Shown: one piece after another, positions 18,530-26,768 of the stretch
Layout: the number at the start of each line of letters is the position of its first letter
Position numbering within the stretch: the stretch's first letter is position 1
Assembly: GCA_027021705.1 (NCBI GenBank)
Contig: JALUTT010000008.1
Span: 1-64,000 of the forward strand
Direction: 5' to 3'
DNA from: Anaerolineae bacterium
GTDB lineage: Bacteria; Chloroflexota; Anaerolineae; S140-20
DNA length: 64,000 nucleotides
Notes under the pieces: model-generated
Told to the model about the DNA's origin: nothing
Databases searched by the model: none
Seen by the model: the letters and a program-made list of their open reading frames with translations, nothing else
Translations under genes and position numbers: made by a program

Positions 18530-19804
18530 TCACTCGTACCGCAGGGCGTCAATGGGGTTCAGCAGCGAGGCCCGCCGGGCCGGGTAGATGCCGAAAAAGA
18601 GACCCACGGCGGCGGAGAAGAGGGTGGCCAGCAGCACCGCCTGAAGGGAGACGACGGCCCGGAACTGGGCATCGCTGAAGCGGTGGATGGCCGTCGTGAC
18701 CCCGGCCGAGCCCAGCACCCCCAGCAGGATGCCCACCAACCCGCCGATGAGGGCCAGCACCACCGCTTCCACCAGGAACTGGGCCAGGATGTCCCGACGC
18801 CGCGCCCCCACCGCCTTGCGGATCCCGATCTCCCGCGTCCGCTCGGTCACCGAGACCAGCATGATGTTCATAATGCCGATCCCGCCCACCACCAGGGAGA
18901 TGCCGGCGATGGCCCCCAGGAAGATGGTGAGCACCCCGGTGATCTGGCCGAAGACGCTGATCAGGTCCTTCTGGGTGATGATGGTGAAATCGTCCTCGTC
19001 CCGGAAGAGGATGCCGTGGCGCTCCCGCAGCACCTCGGCCACCTCCTCGGCAGCCGCTTCCATCCGATCCTCGCTCACCGCCTGGACGTAGATGAGGCTG
19101 ACCCGGTACTCTCCGCTCTGACTGCGGTGGGGGAGGAGCCGCTGGACCGTCGTCATCGGCACGAAGATGACGTCGTCCTGATCGGTGGGGCCGGACGCGC
19201 CCTTCTCCTCCATCACCCCGACGATGCGGAAGCGCACGCCGTTGATCCGCACCTCCCGACCGATGGGGTAGGGCTCGTCGGGGAAGAGGTTCTCGACCAC
19301 CGTCTGCCCCAGGACGGCGATGCGGGCCGCCCGCTGCATATCCAACTCGGAGATGAAGGTGCCGGCCGCCGGGTAGAAGTTGCGTACCTGGGGGTAGGCC
19401 GGTGTCACCCCGGAGAGCTGGGTGGAGACGGCGCGGTCGCCGGCCACCACCGTCACCGACCGGCGCATCATCGGCACCACGGTCAGCACATCGGGCAGGC
19501 GGGCCCGATCCTGCAGCGCCTCGGCATCGGCCACCGTCAGGACCCCCTCCTCACCCCGGCGGGTCCGCCGCTCGTTCAGGTCCTGCACCGTCTCCTGCCC
19601 GCCGGGGAAGACGAAGAGCAAGTTGGTGCCGATCCCCTCGAACTGCTCGGTGATGAAGAGGTGAAAGCCCTCCCCCACCGACATCAGGGTGATGACGGCG
19701 GCCACGCCGATGATGATCCCCAGCATGGTCAGGGCGGAGCGGAGTTTGTTGGCCGCCAGGGCTCGCAAGGCGATGCGCACGCTCTCCCACAGCATCATCA
19801 CCAA
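18530..19804 (-). CDS. MacB/FtsX-type ABC exporter permease
   Basis: [50 protein letters not shown]. Confidence 0.95.
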   Translation of the reverse strand: MVMMLWESVRIALRALAANKLRSALTMLGIIIGVAAVITLMSVGEGFHLFITEQFEGIGTNLLFVFPGGQETVQDLNERRTRRGEEGVLTVADAEALQDRARLPDVLTVVPMMRRSVTVVAGDRAVSTQLSGVTPAYPQVRNFYPAAGTFISELDMQRAARIAVLGQTVVENLFPDEPYPIGREVRINGVRFRIVGVMEEKGASGPTDQDDVIFVPMTTVQRLLPHRSQSGEYRVSLIYVQAVSEDRMEAAAEEVAEVLRERHGILFRDEDDFTIITQKDLISVFGQITGVLTIFLGAIAGISLVVGGIGIMNIMLVSVTERTREIGIRKAVGARRRDILAQFLVEAVVLALIGGLVGILLGVLGSAGVTTAIHRFSDAQFRAVVSLQAVLLATLFSAAVGLFFGIYPARRASLLNPIDALRYE

Positions 19805-20508
19805 CGCTCCTGGATGGGGTTTTCCACCCGCTCTTCCCCCACGATGCGCCCATCCTTGAGGTGGACGATGCGCCGGGTGTGGCGGGCGACCAGGGGATCG
19901 TGGGTGACGAAGACGACGGTGATCCCCCGCTCCTGGTTCAGCCGCTGGAAGATGGCCATCACCTCGGCCCCGGACCGGCTGTCCAGGTTGCCCGTCGGTT
20001 CGTCGGCCAGGATGATGGCCGGGTCGTTGACCAGCGCCCGGGCGATGGCGACCCGCTGCTGCTGGCCGCCGGAGAGTTCGTTGGGCCAGTGGTGCAGACG
20101 GTCACCCAGCCCCACCGCCTCCAGCGCCGCCCGGGCCTTCTCCCGCCGTCGCCGGGCCCCGGCGTAGATGAGGGGGAGTTCGACGTTCTGGAGCGCCGTG
20201 GTGCGGGGCAGCAGGTTGAAGGTCTGGAAGACGAAGCCGATCTTCCGGTTGCGGATGGCGGCCAGTTGGTCGTCCTTCAACTGGCTCACGTCCACCCCTT
20301 CCAGGAAGTAGCGCCCCGAGGTGGGCTGGTCCAGGCAGCCGATGATGTTCATCATCGTGGACTTGCCCGACCCCGAAGGCCCCATAATGGCCACCATCTC
20401 GCCGGGGGCGACGGTCAGGGAGACGCCCCGCAGGGCGTGGACCTCGATCTCGCCCATCCGATAGACCTTGGTGATCTCCTCCAGGACGATGACCGGCGAC
20501 CCTGTCAC
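19798..20508 (-). CDS. ABC exporter ATP-binding protein (LolD/MacB-like)
   Basis: [26 protein letters not shown]. Confidence 0.95.
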   Translation of the reverse strand: MTGSPVIVLEEITKVYRMGEIEVHALRGVSLTVAPGEMVAIMGPSGSGKSTMMNIIGCLDQPTSGRYFLEGVDVSQLKDDQLAAIRNRKIGFVFQTFNLLPRTTALQNVELPLIYAGARRRREKARAALEAVGLGDRLHHWPNELSGGQQQRVAIARALVNDPAIILADEPTGNLDSRSGAEVMAIFQRLNQERGITVVFVTHDPLVARHTRRIVHLKDGRIVGEERVENPIQERW

Positions 20509-21911
20509 CGACCTCGCCTCCCGCCGAAGAAGCCCTGGAGACGCTCCACCGTGCTCCCCACAGCGACGATGTCCCCCTCGGCTAGGCCGGCGAGGACCTG
20601 GCTCACCTCCTCGCCCCGCTCTCCCAGCTCCACGGGAACCTCTTCCAGCGTCTCCCCCACCTGGCGGCTGACGTAGGCCTGGCCGGTCTCCCGGTCGAAG
20701 CGGATGGCCCAGTTGGGCACCAGGAGCACGTCTCGCAGCTCCCGGACCACGATGGTGGCCGTGGCGCTCATCCCCACTCGGATGGGGGCTTCGGTGGGGT
20801 CCAGCCGGATGGTCACCTGGTAGGCGACGATGCCGGAGGTGCTCTGCCCCACCGGCGCGATCTGCTCGATGACGCCGGTGAAGGGCTGATCGGGCAGCGC
20901 GTCCACGGTCACCGTGACCGATTGCCCTTCCCGGAGGCTGCTCACGTCCAGCTCGTCCACGTTGACCTTCAGGTAGAGCCGGGAGAGGTCCATCAGCGTG
21001 AGGATCGGCTTCTGGGCGGGCACCGGCTCCCCTTCGGTGGCGTTGACGGCGGTGACCACACCGTCGAAGGGGGCGGTGAGGGTGGCGGCCTCCAGGTCGG
21101 CCTTCGCCTTCTCCAAGGAGAGTTCGGCAGCCTGCACCTCCAGTTGGGCCGCTTCCACGTCCCGCTCGTCGGGGCCGGCCTTGAGCCGCTCCAGCTTGTT
21201 CTTGGCCGAGACGTAGGCGTCCCAGGTGCGGGTGACCTCGTTCTGGGCCTTCTGGAGTTCCAGGTCGGCCTTCTGCTTGGCCCGCTCCAGTTCGCCCAGG
21301 GCGTTCAGGTAGGCGTCATGGGCCTCGTTCAACCGATCCTCGTCGTGGAAAGTCCCCTCGTCGTAGCGGGCCTGGAGGTTCTGGTAGACCCGGAAGGTGG
21401 CATCCACCTTGGTGCGGGCGGCCCGGACGGCGTCGCCCACCTCCGGGCTATTCTGCACCAGGTTCAGGTTGGCCTTGGCCGTCTGGTAGGCGGCCCAGGC
21501 TTCGTGGACGGCGGCCTCGGCCTCTTGGACCTCGGTCTCATCGGGGGGCGCGGTCAGCTTCTCCAGCTTCAGGCGGGCGGAGCGCAGGTTGATCTCGGCC
21601 TGGGCGACGGCCCGCTCCAGTTCGTCGGTCTTCAGCCGGGCCAAGAGGTCGCCGGCCTTCACCGCGTCGCCGACCTCGACGGGGAGGTCCGCCACGGTGC
21701 CCGGCAGGGCGAAGCTGAGGTCCCGCCGTTCCGCCGGGGCGATGTTGCCGGAGGCGTTGATGGTGATGATCAGGTCCCCTCGGACGACCCGGGCCTGGCG
21801 CAGGGGTTCCGGTGGGGATGAAGCGGACCGGGCCTGCCGGCGCAGGAGGAAGAATCCCCCCGCCGCGAGGGCTAGGAGTACGATGAGCGCTACGATCCCT
21901 TTGCGCACCAT
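20505..21911 (-). CDS. Membrane fusion/adaptor subunit (MacA/HlyD family)
   Basis: N-terminal [15 protein letters not shown]; long coiled coil; APFDGVV. Confidence 0.9.
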   Translation of the reverse strand: MVRKGIVALIVLLALAAGGFFLLRRQARSASSPPEPLRQARVVRGDLIITINASGNIAPAERRDLSFALPGTVADLPVEVGDAVKAGDLLARLKTDELERAVAQAEINLRSARLKLEKLTAPPDETEVQEAEAAVHEAWAAYQTAKANLNLVQNSPEVGDAVRAARTKVDATFRVYQNLQARYDEGTFHDEDRLNEAHDAYLNALGELERAKQKADLELQKAQNEVTRTWDAYVSAKNKLERLKAGPDERDVEAAQLEVQAAELSLEKAKADLEAATLTAPFDGVVTAVNATEGEPVPAQKPILTLMDLSRLYLKVNVDELDVSSLREGQSVTVTVDALPDQPFTGVIEQIAPVGQSTSGIVAYQVTIRLDPTEAPIRVGMSATATIVVRELRDVLLVPNWAIRFDRETGQAYVSRQVGETLEEVPVELGERGEEVSQVLAGLAEGDIVAVGSTVERLQGFFGGRRGR

Positions 21912-22088
21912 TTTGCTGGGTCCTTGTTATCGTTCAAAGGAAGCAAGCAAGCCAAGCTCCCACGCCACCGGGTCGTGAAGCGTGGGAGCCCCCTATCAGA
22001 ACCCAAAGGCTTGCCGAGAATTACAGCAAGTTTCACGATTGCCCTCATCAAACGGATTGATAAACCGTTTGATGGAGTAATGTCTCCC

Positions 22089-22182
22089 ATCCGCTCAATC
22101 CGTTCTCAAATCCGCTGACAGCCTTCCGTTCCCAAACGAACTGCTGTCAACGGATTAAGGGAGCGGATTGAACGGAGCTGTC
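22089..22182. repeat. Inverted pair of the GCTGTCAACGGATT repeat family
   Basis: ATCCGCTCAATCCGTTCTCAAATCCGCTGACAGC (22089-22122) versus GCTGTCAACGGATTAAGGGAGCGGATTGAACGGA (22143-22176); same family as 9591-9797. Confidence 0.8.
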
Positions 22183-22326
22183 GGGTCGAGCCTGCCCGCG
22201 TGCCCGACTGCCAAAGAGCATGATCCGCTCCACCCGGATCAGATGCTCTTGCAGCACGCGATGGATCGTCTGGGTCGCTTTCTCCAGGGTACGTCGTTGT
22301 TCTTCAAGCACAGGTTTTTCCCCCAT
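22147..22326 (-). pseudogene. Truncated minimal nucleotidyltransferase (MNT) fragment
   Basis: MGEKPV...VERIMLFGSRARGQARPDS then runs into repeat sequence and stops (59 aa); TTGACC-N16-TATAAT upstream. Confidence 0.75.
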
Positions 22327-22360
22327 CTCGCCCTCAATTATAGTAATCTTCGCTGCCAGG

Positions 22361-23713
22361 TCAAGGAGGTGCTTCCTTCTGGTCTCGCATCTCGGTCAAC
22401 CGTTTCCGAATCTCCCGTTCATAACCCTGATCGGTGGGCCGGAACCAGCCCCCCTCGACGCCCTCGGGCAGGTAGCGCTGGGCCACCCAGTGGCCAGGGT
22501 AGTCGTGGGGATACTTGTACCCCTTGCCGTGCCCCAGGGCCTGGGCGTCCCGGCTGCTATCCCGCAGGTGGAGGGGCACCGGACCGGCCCCGTGCGCTTC
22601 GATCTCGGCCAGGGCCTTCCAGTAGGCTCCCACGCTGTTGGACTTGGGAGCGGTGGCAAGGTAGAGGGTGGCCTGGGCCAGGTGGTACTGGGCCTCGGGC
22701 AGCCCCACCCACTCCAGGGCCTGGGCGCAGGCCGCCGTGACGACGATGGCCTGGGGGTCGGCCAACCCGATGTCCTCGGCGGCGAGGATGAGGAGCCGGC
22801 GCATGATGAAGCGGGGGTCCTCCCCCGCGTGGACCATCTTGGCCAGCCAGTAGAGGGCGGCGTCGGGGTCCGAGCCCCGCACGCTCTTGATGAAGGCGCT
22901 GATGGTGTCATAGTGCTCGTCGCCGGCCCGGTCGTAGCGGACCGCCCGGCGCTGGATCGAGTCCTGAGCCACGGCCAGGTCAATGCGGATGACGCCATCC
23001 TCGTCGGGCGGGGTGGACTCGACGGCCAACTCCAGCGCGTTGAGGGCGGTGCGGGCATCCCCGCCGGCCACGCGGGCCAGATGGGCCAGGGCCTCGTCGG
23101 TGACCTCGACGGACCGCTGCCCGTACCCGCGCTCGGGGTCGGTCAGCGCCCGGCGCAGCAGGGTCAGCACCTCCTCCTCGCTCAGGGGGTGGAACTGGAA
23201 GACGCGGGCCCGGCTGAGGAGGGGGCTGATCACCTCGAAGTAGGGGTTCTCCGTCGTCGCGCCAATGAGGACGATGGTGCCGTCCTCGACGTGGGGGAGC
23301 AGCGCGTCCTGTTGGGCCTTGTTCCAGCGGTGGATCTCGTCCACCAGCAGGATGGTCCGCCGGCCATACATCCCTCGCCGTTCCCGCGCCTCGCCGATGA
23401 TGCGGCGCAGGTCGGCGACGCCGGCCAGGACGGCGCTCAGCGTCTCGAAGTGGCTCTCGGTCCGCCGGGCGATGATCATCGCCAGCGTCGTCTTGCCCGT
23501 CCCCGGCGGTCCCCAGAAGATGAGGGAGGAGAAGAGGCGGTCGGCCTCAATGGCCCGGCGGAGGAGCTTGCCCGGTCCCACGATGTGGCGCTGGCCGACG
23601 AACTCTTCCAGCGTGCGGGGGCGCATCCGGGCGGCCAGAGGGGCCTCCCGCTTCAAGCGCTCCTCGCGGGCGTGGTCAAAGAGGGTAGCTGACTTCGTCA
23701 CATCTACACCCAT
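22361..23713 (-). CDS. rarA: Replication-associated recombination protein A (MgsA/RarA)
   Basis: PLAARMRP, GPPGTGKTT, DEIHR.NKAQQD, HYDTISAFIKSVRGSDPDAA, YKYPHD. Confidence 0.97.
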   Translation of the reverse strand: MGVDVTKSATLFDHAREERLKREAPLAARMRPRTLEEFVGQRHIVGPGKLLRRAIEADRLFSSLIFWGPPGTGKTTLAMIIARRTESHFETLSAVLAGVADLRRIIGEARERRGMYGRRTILLVDEIHRWNKAQQDALLPHVEDGTIVLIGATTENPYFEVISPLLSRARVFQFHPLSEEEVLTLLRRALTDPERGYGQRSVEVTDEALAHLARVAGGDARTALNALELAVESTPPDEDGVIRIDLAVAQDSIQRRAVRYDRAGDEHYDTISAFIKSVRGSDPDAALYWLAKMVHAGEDPRFIMRRLLILAAEDIGLADPQAIVVTAACAQALEWVGLPEAQYHLAQATLYLATAPKSNSVGAYWKALAEIEAHGAGPVPLHLRDSSRDAQALGHGKGYKYPHDYPGHWVAQRYLPEGVEGGWFRPTDQGYEREIRKRLTEMRDQKEAPP

Positions 23714-23790
23714 CTACATCGCCTTCACCTTACCCATCGTGCTCTTCCAGCCGGTAGTCTCCCCGTAGAGGGTTGTTCTGCCCAACCCCA

Positions 23791-23890
23791 CCCGGACGTG
23801 AACGCCCGGGCTCAGGAGCAAAGCCCTGCGGGCTAAGATCAGCCCCCGAAGGGGGCTTGGTTGGCTGAGCCGGGCGGTTTAGCGCCCGGC
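23791..23890. repeat. REP-like palindrome cluster
   Basis: CCCGGACGTGAACGCCCGGG; AGCCCTGCGGGCT; AGCCCCCGAAGGGGGCT; GCCGGGCGGTTTAGCGCCCGGC. Confidence 0.65.
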
Positions 23891-24052
23891 GGGAGGGGCC
23901 AGGATCATCTCCTCGCCGATCAAGGCTCCACCCTCGACGGAAGGGCCATATTGCTCCTGATGGACGGCTTCCCGGTCCTCTCGCAGCGCCTGCGTCATCT
24001 GCGCTTCGATCCCCCCTGCCCTCTCCGCACCTCCCCCGACGGGCGAGGCAAC

Positions 24053-26602
24053 TCAGGAGAAGGCCGCTTCTACCGCCTCGACGATCTCCTCAACCCCCGG
24101 CACGGCCTCGTTCTCCAGCGTCCGGTTGTAGGGGATGGGAACCTCCCGCCCGGCGACCCGCCGGACGGGGGCCTTGAGGGCGTGGGGCAGGATACCGGCG
24201 ACCCGGGCCGCCACCTCGGCCCCAAAGCCGCCCGTCAGCACCCCGGCCTCGACGGTGACCAGCCGGCCCGTCTTGGCCACCGAGCGCAGGATCGTGGCCC
24301 AGTCGCAGGGAACCAGCGTGCGCGGGTCTATCACCTCGGCCTCGATGCCCCGACCGGCCAGCGTCTCGGCCGCCGCCAACGCCGCCCCCACCATCGCGCC
24401 CACGGCGACGATGGTCACGTCCTCCCCCCGCCGCTTCACATCGGCCACGCCCAGGGGCACCAGGTACTCCCCCTCTGGCAGCGGCCCCGTCTCCAGGTAG
24501 AGCAGCTTGTTCTCGAAGAAGAGGACAGGGTTGTTGGAGCGGATGGCGGCCTTGAGCAGCCCCTTGGCGTCGTAGGGGGTCGAAGGAGCGACGATGATGA
24601 GGCCGGGGATGCCCATCAGCAGCGCCTCCCAGCTCTGGGAGTGCTGGGCCGCCATACCGATGCCTGCCCCGCCGGGCGTGCGCACCACCAGGGGGAGCCG
24701 GTACTGTCCTCCCGACATCAGCCGCAGCTTGGCCGCCTGGTTCACCAGGGGGTCCATGCAGGTCGTCAGGAAGTCGCTGAACATAATCTCGGCCACCGGG
24801 CGCATCCCCGTCATCGCGGCACCGACGGCGGACCCGACGATGGCGTACTCGCTGATGGGCGTGTCCATCACCCGCTGGGGGCCGAACCGCTCCTGAAGCC
24901 CGGCGGTGACGGCGAAGTAGCCGCCGCTGGAGACGTCCTCGCCCAACAGGTAGACCCGCTCGTCCCGTTCCATCTCCTCGGCCAGCGCCTCCCAGAGGGC
25001 GCGGGAGACGGTGGCCTGGCGGGTGGGGCCGGCGGGCGGCTTGGCCGGGCGGTAGAGGTGGACCGGCTCCGGCGCGTAGATGACGGCCTCAACGTCGTCA
25101 AAGGTGGGCTCCGGGCTCTCCTGGGCGAAACGCCACGCCTCCTCCACCTGCCGGCGGGCCTCCTCGGCCAGCGCCCGGTAGCCCTCCTCGTCCAGGAGGT
25201 CCGCCTCCAGGAGGGCAGCTTTCCAGCGGGCGATGGGATCGCGCTCCCGCCAGCGGGCGATCTCCTCTTCGCTTCGGTAGCGGGCCGACTCCCCCTCGGT
25301 GTGGCCGCTGATCCGGTAGGTGAGGGCCTCGATCAGGGTCGGCCCCCCGCCCCGTCGGGCCTGGGCTACCGCCTCCCGCACGGCCTCGTAGACCTGCCAG
25401 ACGTCGTTGCCGTCCACCTGGCGTCCGGGGATGCCGTAAGCGGCGGCTTTGTCGGCCAGCCGAGCCACCCGCGTCGTCCGCTGAGTGGGGGTGAACTCGG
25501 CGTACTGGTTGTTCTCGATGAAGAAGACGACCGGGAGGTCGAAGACGGCGGCGAAGTTGACCGCCTCGTGGAACATCCCCTGGGCGACGGCCCCATCCCC
25601 CAGGAAGGTGAGGGCGACCTGGCGGCTGCCCCGCCGTTGGGCGGAGAGGGCGGCTCCGATGGCGATCAGGCCGGCCGCGCCGACGATGCCGTTGGCCCCC
25701 AGTGCACCGACGGCGGCCTCGGTGACGTGCATCGGTCCGCCCAGCCCCCGGCAGAGGCCGGTGCGCTTGCCCAGGATCTCGGCCATCATCGCCTTCAGGT
25801 CGGCCCCCTTGGCCAGCATGTGGCCGTGGCCCCGATGGGTGGTGGTGATGTAGTCGTCGGCCCGCAGGGCGAAGCAGGCCCCCACGGCGCAGGCCTCCTG
25901 GCCGATGGAGAGGTGCAGCGCCTCCGAGGGAACCTGCCCGGCGGCGAAAGCCTGGGCCAGCCGCTCCTCGAAGGCCCGGATGAGGAGCATGCGCCGCAGT
26001 ATCTCCCGCTTGAGGGCCGCCTCGTCCTTCGGCAACCCCTGGTCCCGGTAGCGGATCGCCTCCTCGGCCACCGCCTCCTGGAGGGGGATCAGGTGGCGGG
26101 AGAGGGCCTCGAAGTCCACCGGGACAGGCCGGCGCCGACGGGGCCACAGCCGGGACAGCAGCCCACGCCGGCGGGCTCCTGTTGGCTGCTCCCGAATGAT
26201 CATCTCCTCGTAGCCCAACTCCCGCAGGACCTGGGGGTAGAGCCGAAAGGCGGGTTTGACGGCGGGTAGGAGGGCCAGGGCCTTGGGAACGGAGCCCCGG
26301 GCGATGACTTGACGGGTGGCGATGGCCCGAGGAACGTTGAGCCGACCGTGCCAGAAGCGATGGGCGGTGTCGGCCGACTGGATCATCTCGACGTGGGCGG
26401 GCAGGTCCGACTCCCCGAAGGTCCAGCGGATGGGGGCGCTCCGCATGTCTACGGTCACCACCCCGTCGGGGTTGGTGAAGCGGAAGCGGACGACCAGCCG
26501 GCCCTCGAGGAGCCGCTCGGCGATGGCCGGATCGGCGCTGATCCGGCGGAAGAGAGCGTCCAGAACCTCGTAGAGGTGGTCGGTATCGCGGAAGACGGCC
26601 AT
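24053..26602 (-). CDS. SCP2-like domain fused to 2-oxoacid/acetoin dehydrogenase E1 alpha+beta
   Basis: N-terminal SADTAHRFWHGRLN...GSV.KAL; HRGHGH, GDG-...-ENN ThDP motif; DTPISE, HSQ, IDPRTL. Confidence 0.9.
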   Translation of the reverse strand: MAVFRDTDHLYEVLDALFRRISADPAIAERLLEGRLVVRFRFTNPDGVVTVDMRSAPIRWTFGESDLPAHVEMIQSADTAHRFWHGRLNVPRAIATRQVIARGSVPKALALLPAVKPAFRLYPQVLRELGYEEMIIREQPTGARRRGLLSRLWPRRRRPVPVDFEALSRHLIPLQEAVAEEAIRYRDQGLPKDEAALKREILRRMLLIRAFEERLAQAFAAGQVPSEALHLSIGQEACAVGACFALRADDYITTTHRGHGHMLAKGADLKAMMAEILGKRTGLCRGLGGPMHVTEAAVGALGANGIVGAAGLIAIGAALSAQRRGSRQVALTFLGDGAVAQGMFHEAVNFAAVFDLPVVFFIENNQYAEFTPTQRTTRVARLADKAAAYGIPGRQVDGNDVWQVYEAVREAVAQARRGGGPTLIEALTYRISGHTEGESARYRSEEEIARWRERDPIARWKAALLEADLLDEEGYRALAEEARRQVEEAWRFAQESPEPTFDDVEAVIYAPEPVHLYRPAKPPAGPTRQATVSRALWEALAEEMERDERVYLLGEDVSSGGYFAVTAGLQERFGPQRVMDTPISEYAIVGSAVGAAMTGMRPVAEIMFSDFLTTCMDPLVNQAAKLRLMSGGQYRLPLVVRTPGGAGIGMAAQHSQSWEALLMGIPGLIIVAPSTPYDAKGLLKAAIRSNNPVLFFENKLLYLETGPLPEGEYLVPLGVADVKRRGEDVTIVAVGAMVGAALAAAETLAGRGIEAEVIDPRTLVPCDWATILRSVAKTGRLVTVEAGVLTGGFGAEVAARVAGILPHALKAPVRRVAGREVPIPYNRTLENEAVPGVEEIVEAVEAAFS

Positions 26603-26697
26603 CCTACGAGCCTTTCCTCTGGGTTAAAGTCACCGGAGCGGTCAGACTTTGGATCACCGCAAGGGAAGCTTACCACAAGCGTCAACAGGTGTCAATG

Positions 26698-26742
26698 GAC
26701 AACGAAAGGGGCCGGCCTTTCCGGCCGACCCCTTCGTCTGTC
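26698..26742 (-). terminator. Intrinsic terminator of the large secreted-protein gene
   Basis: Minus strand GAAGGGGTCGGCCGG-AAAG-GCCGGCCCCTTTCGTT hairpin. Confidence 0.7.
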
Positions 26743-26768
26743 GCGCTCCCCGAGCGGTCTTGGACCGA

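Noticed and set aside
23861..26269. 802-aa + strand ORF
   Set aside because: Antisense shadow of the E1 fusion in high-GC DNA
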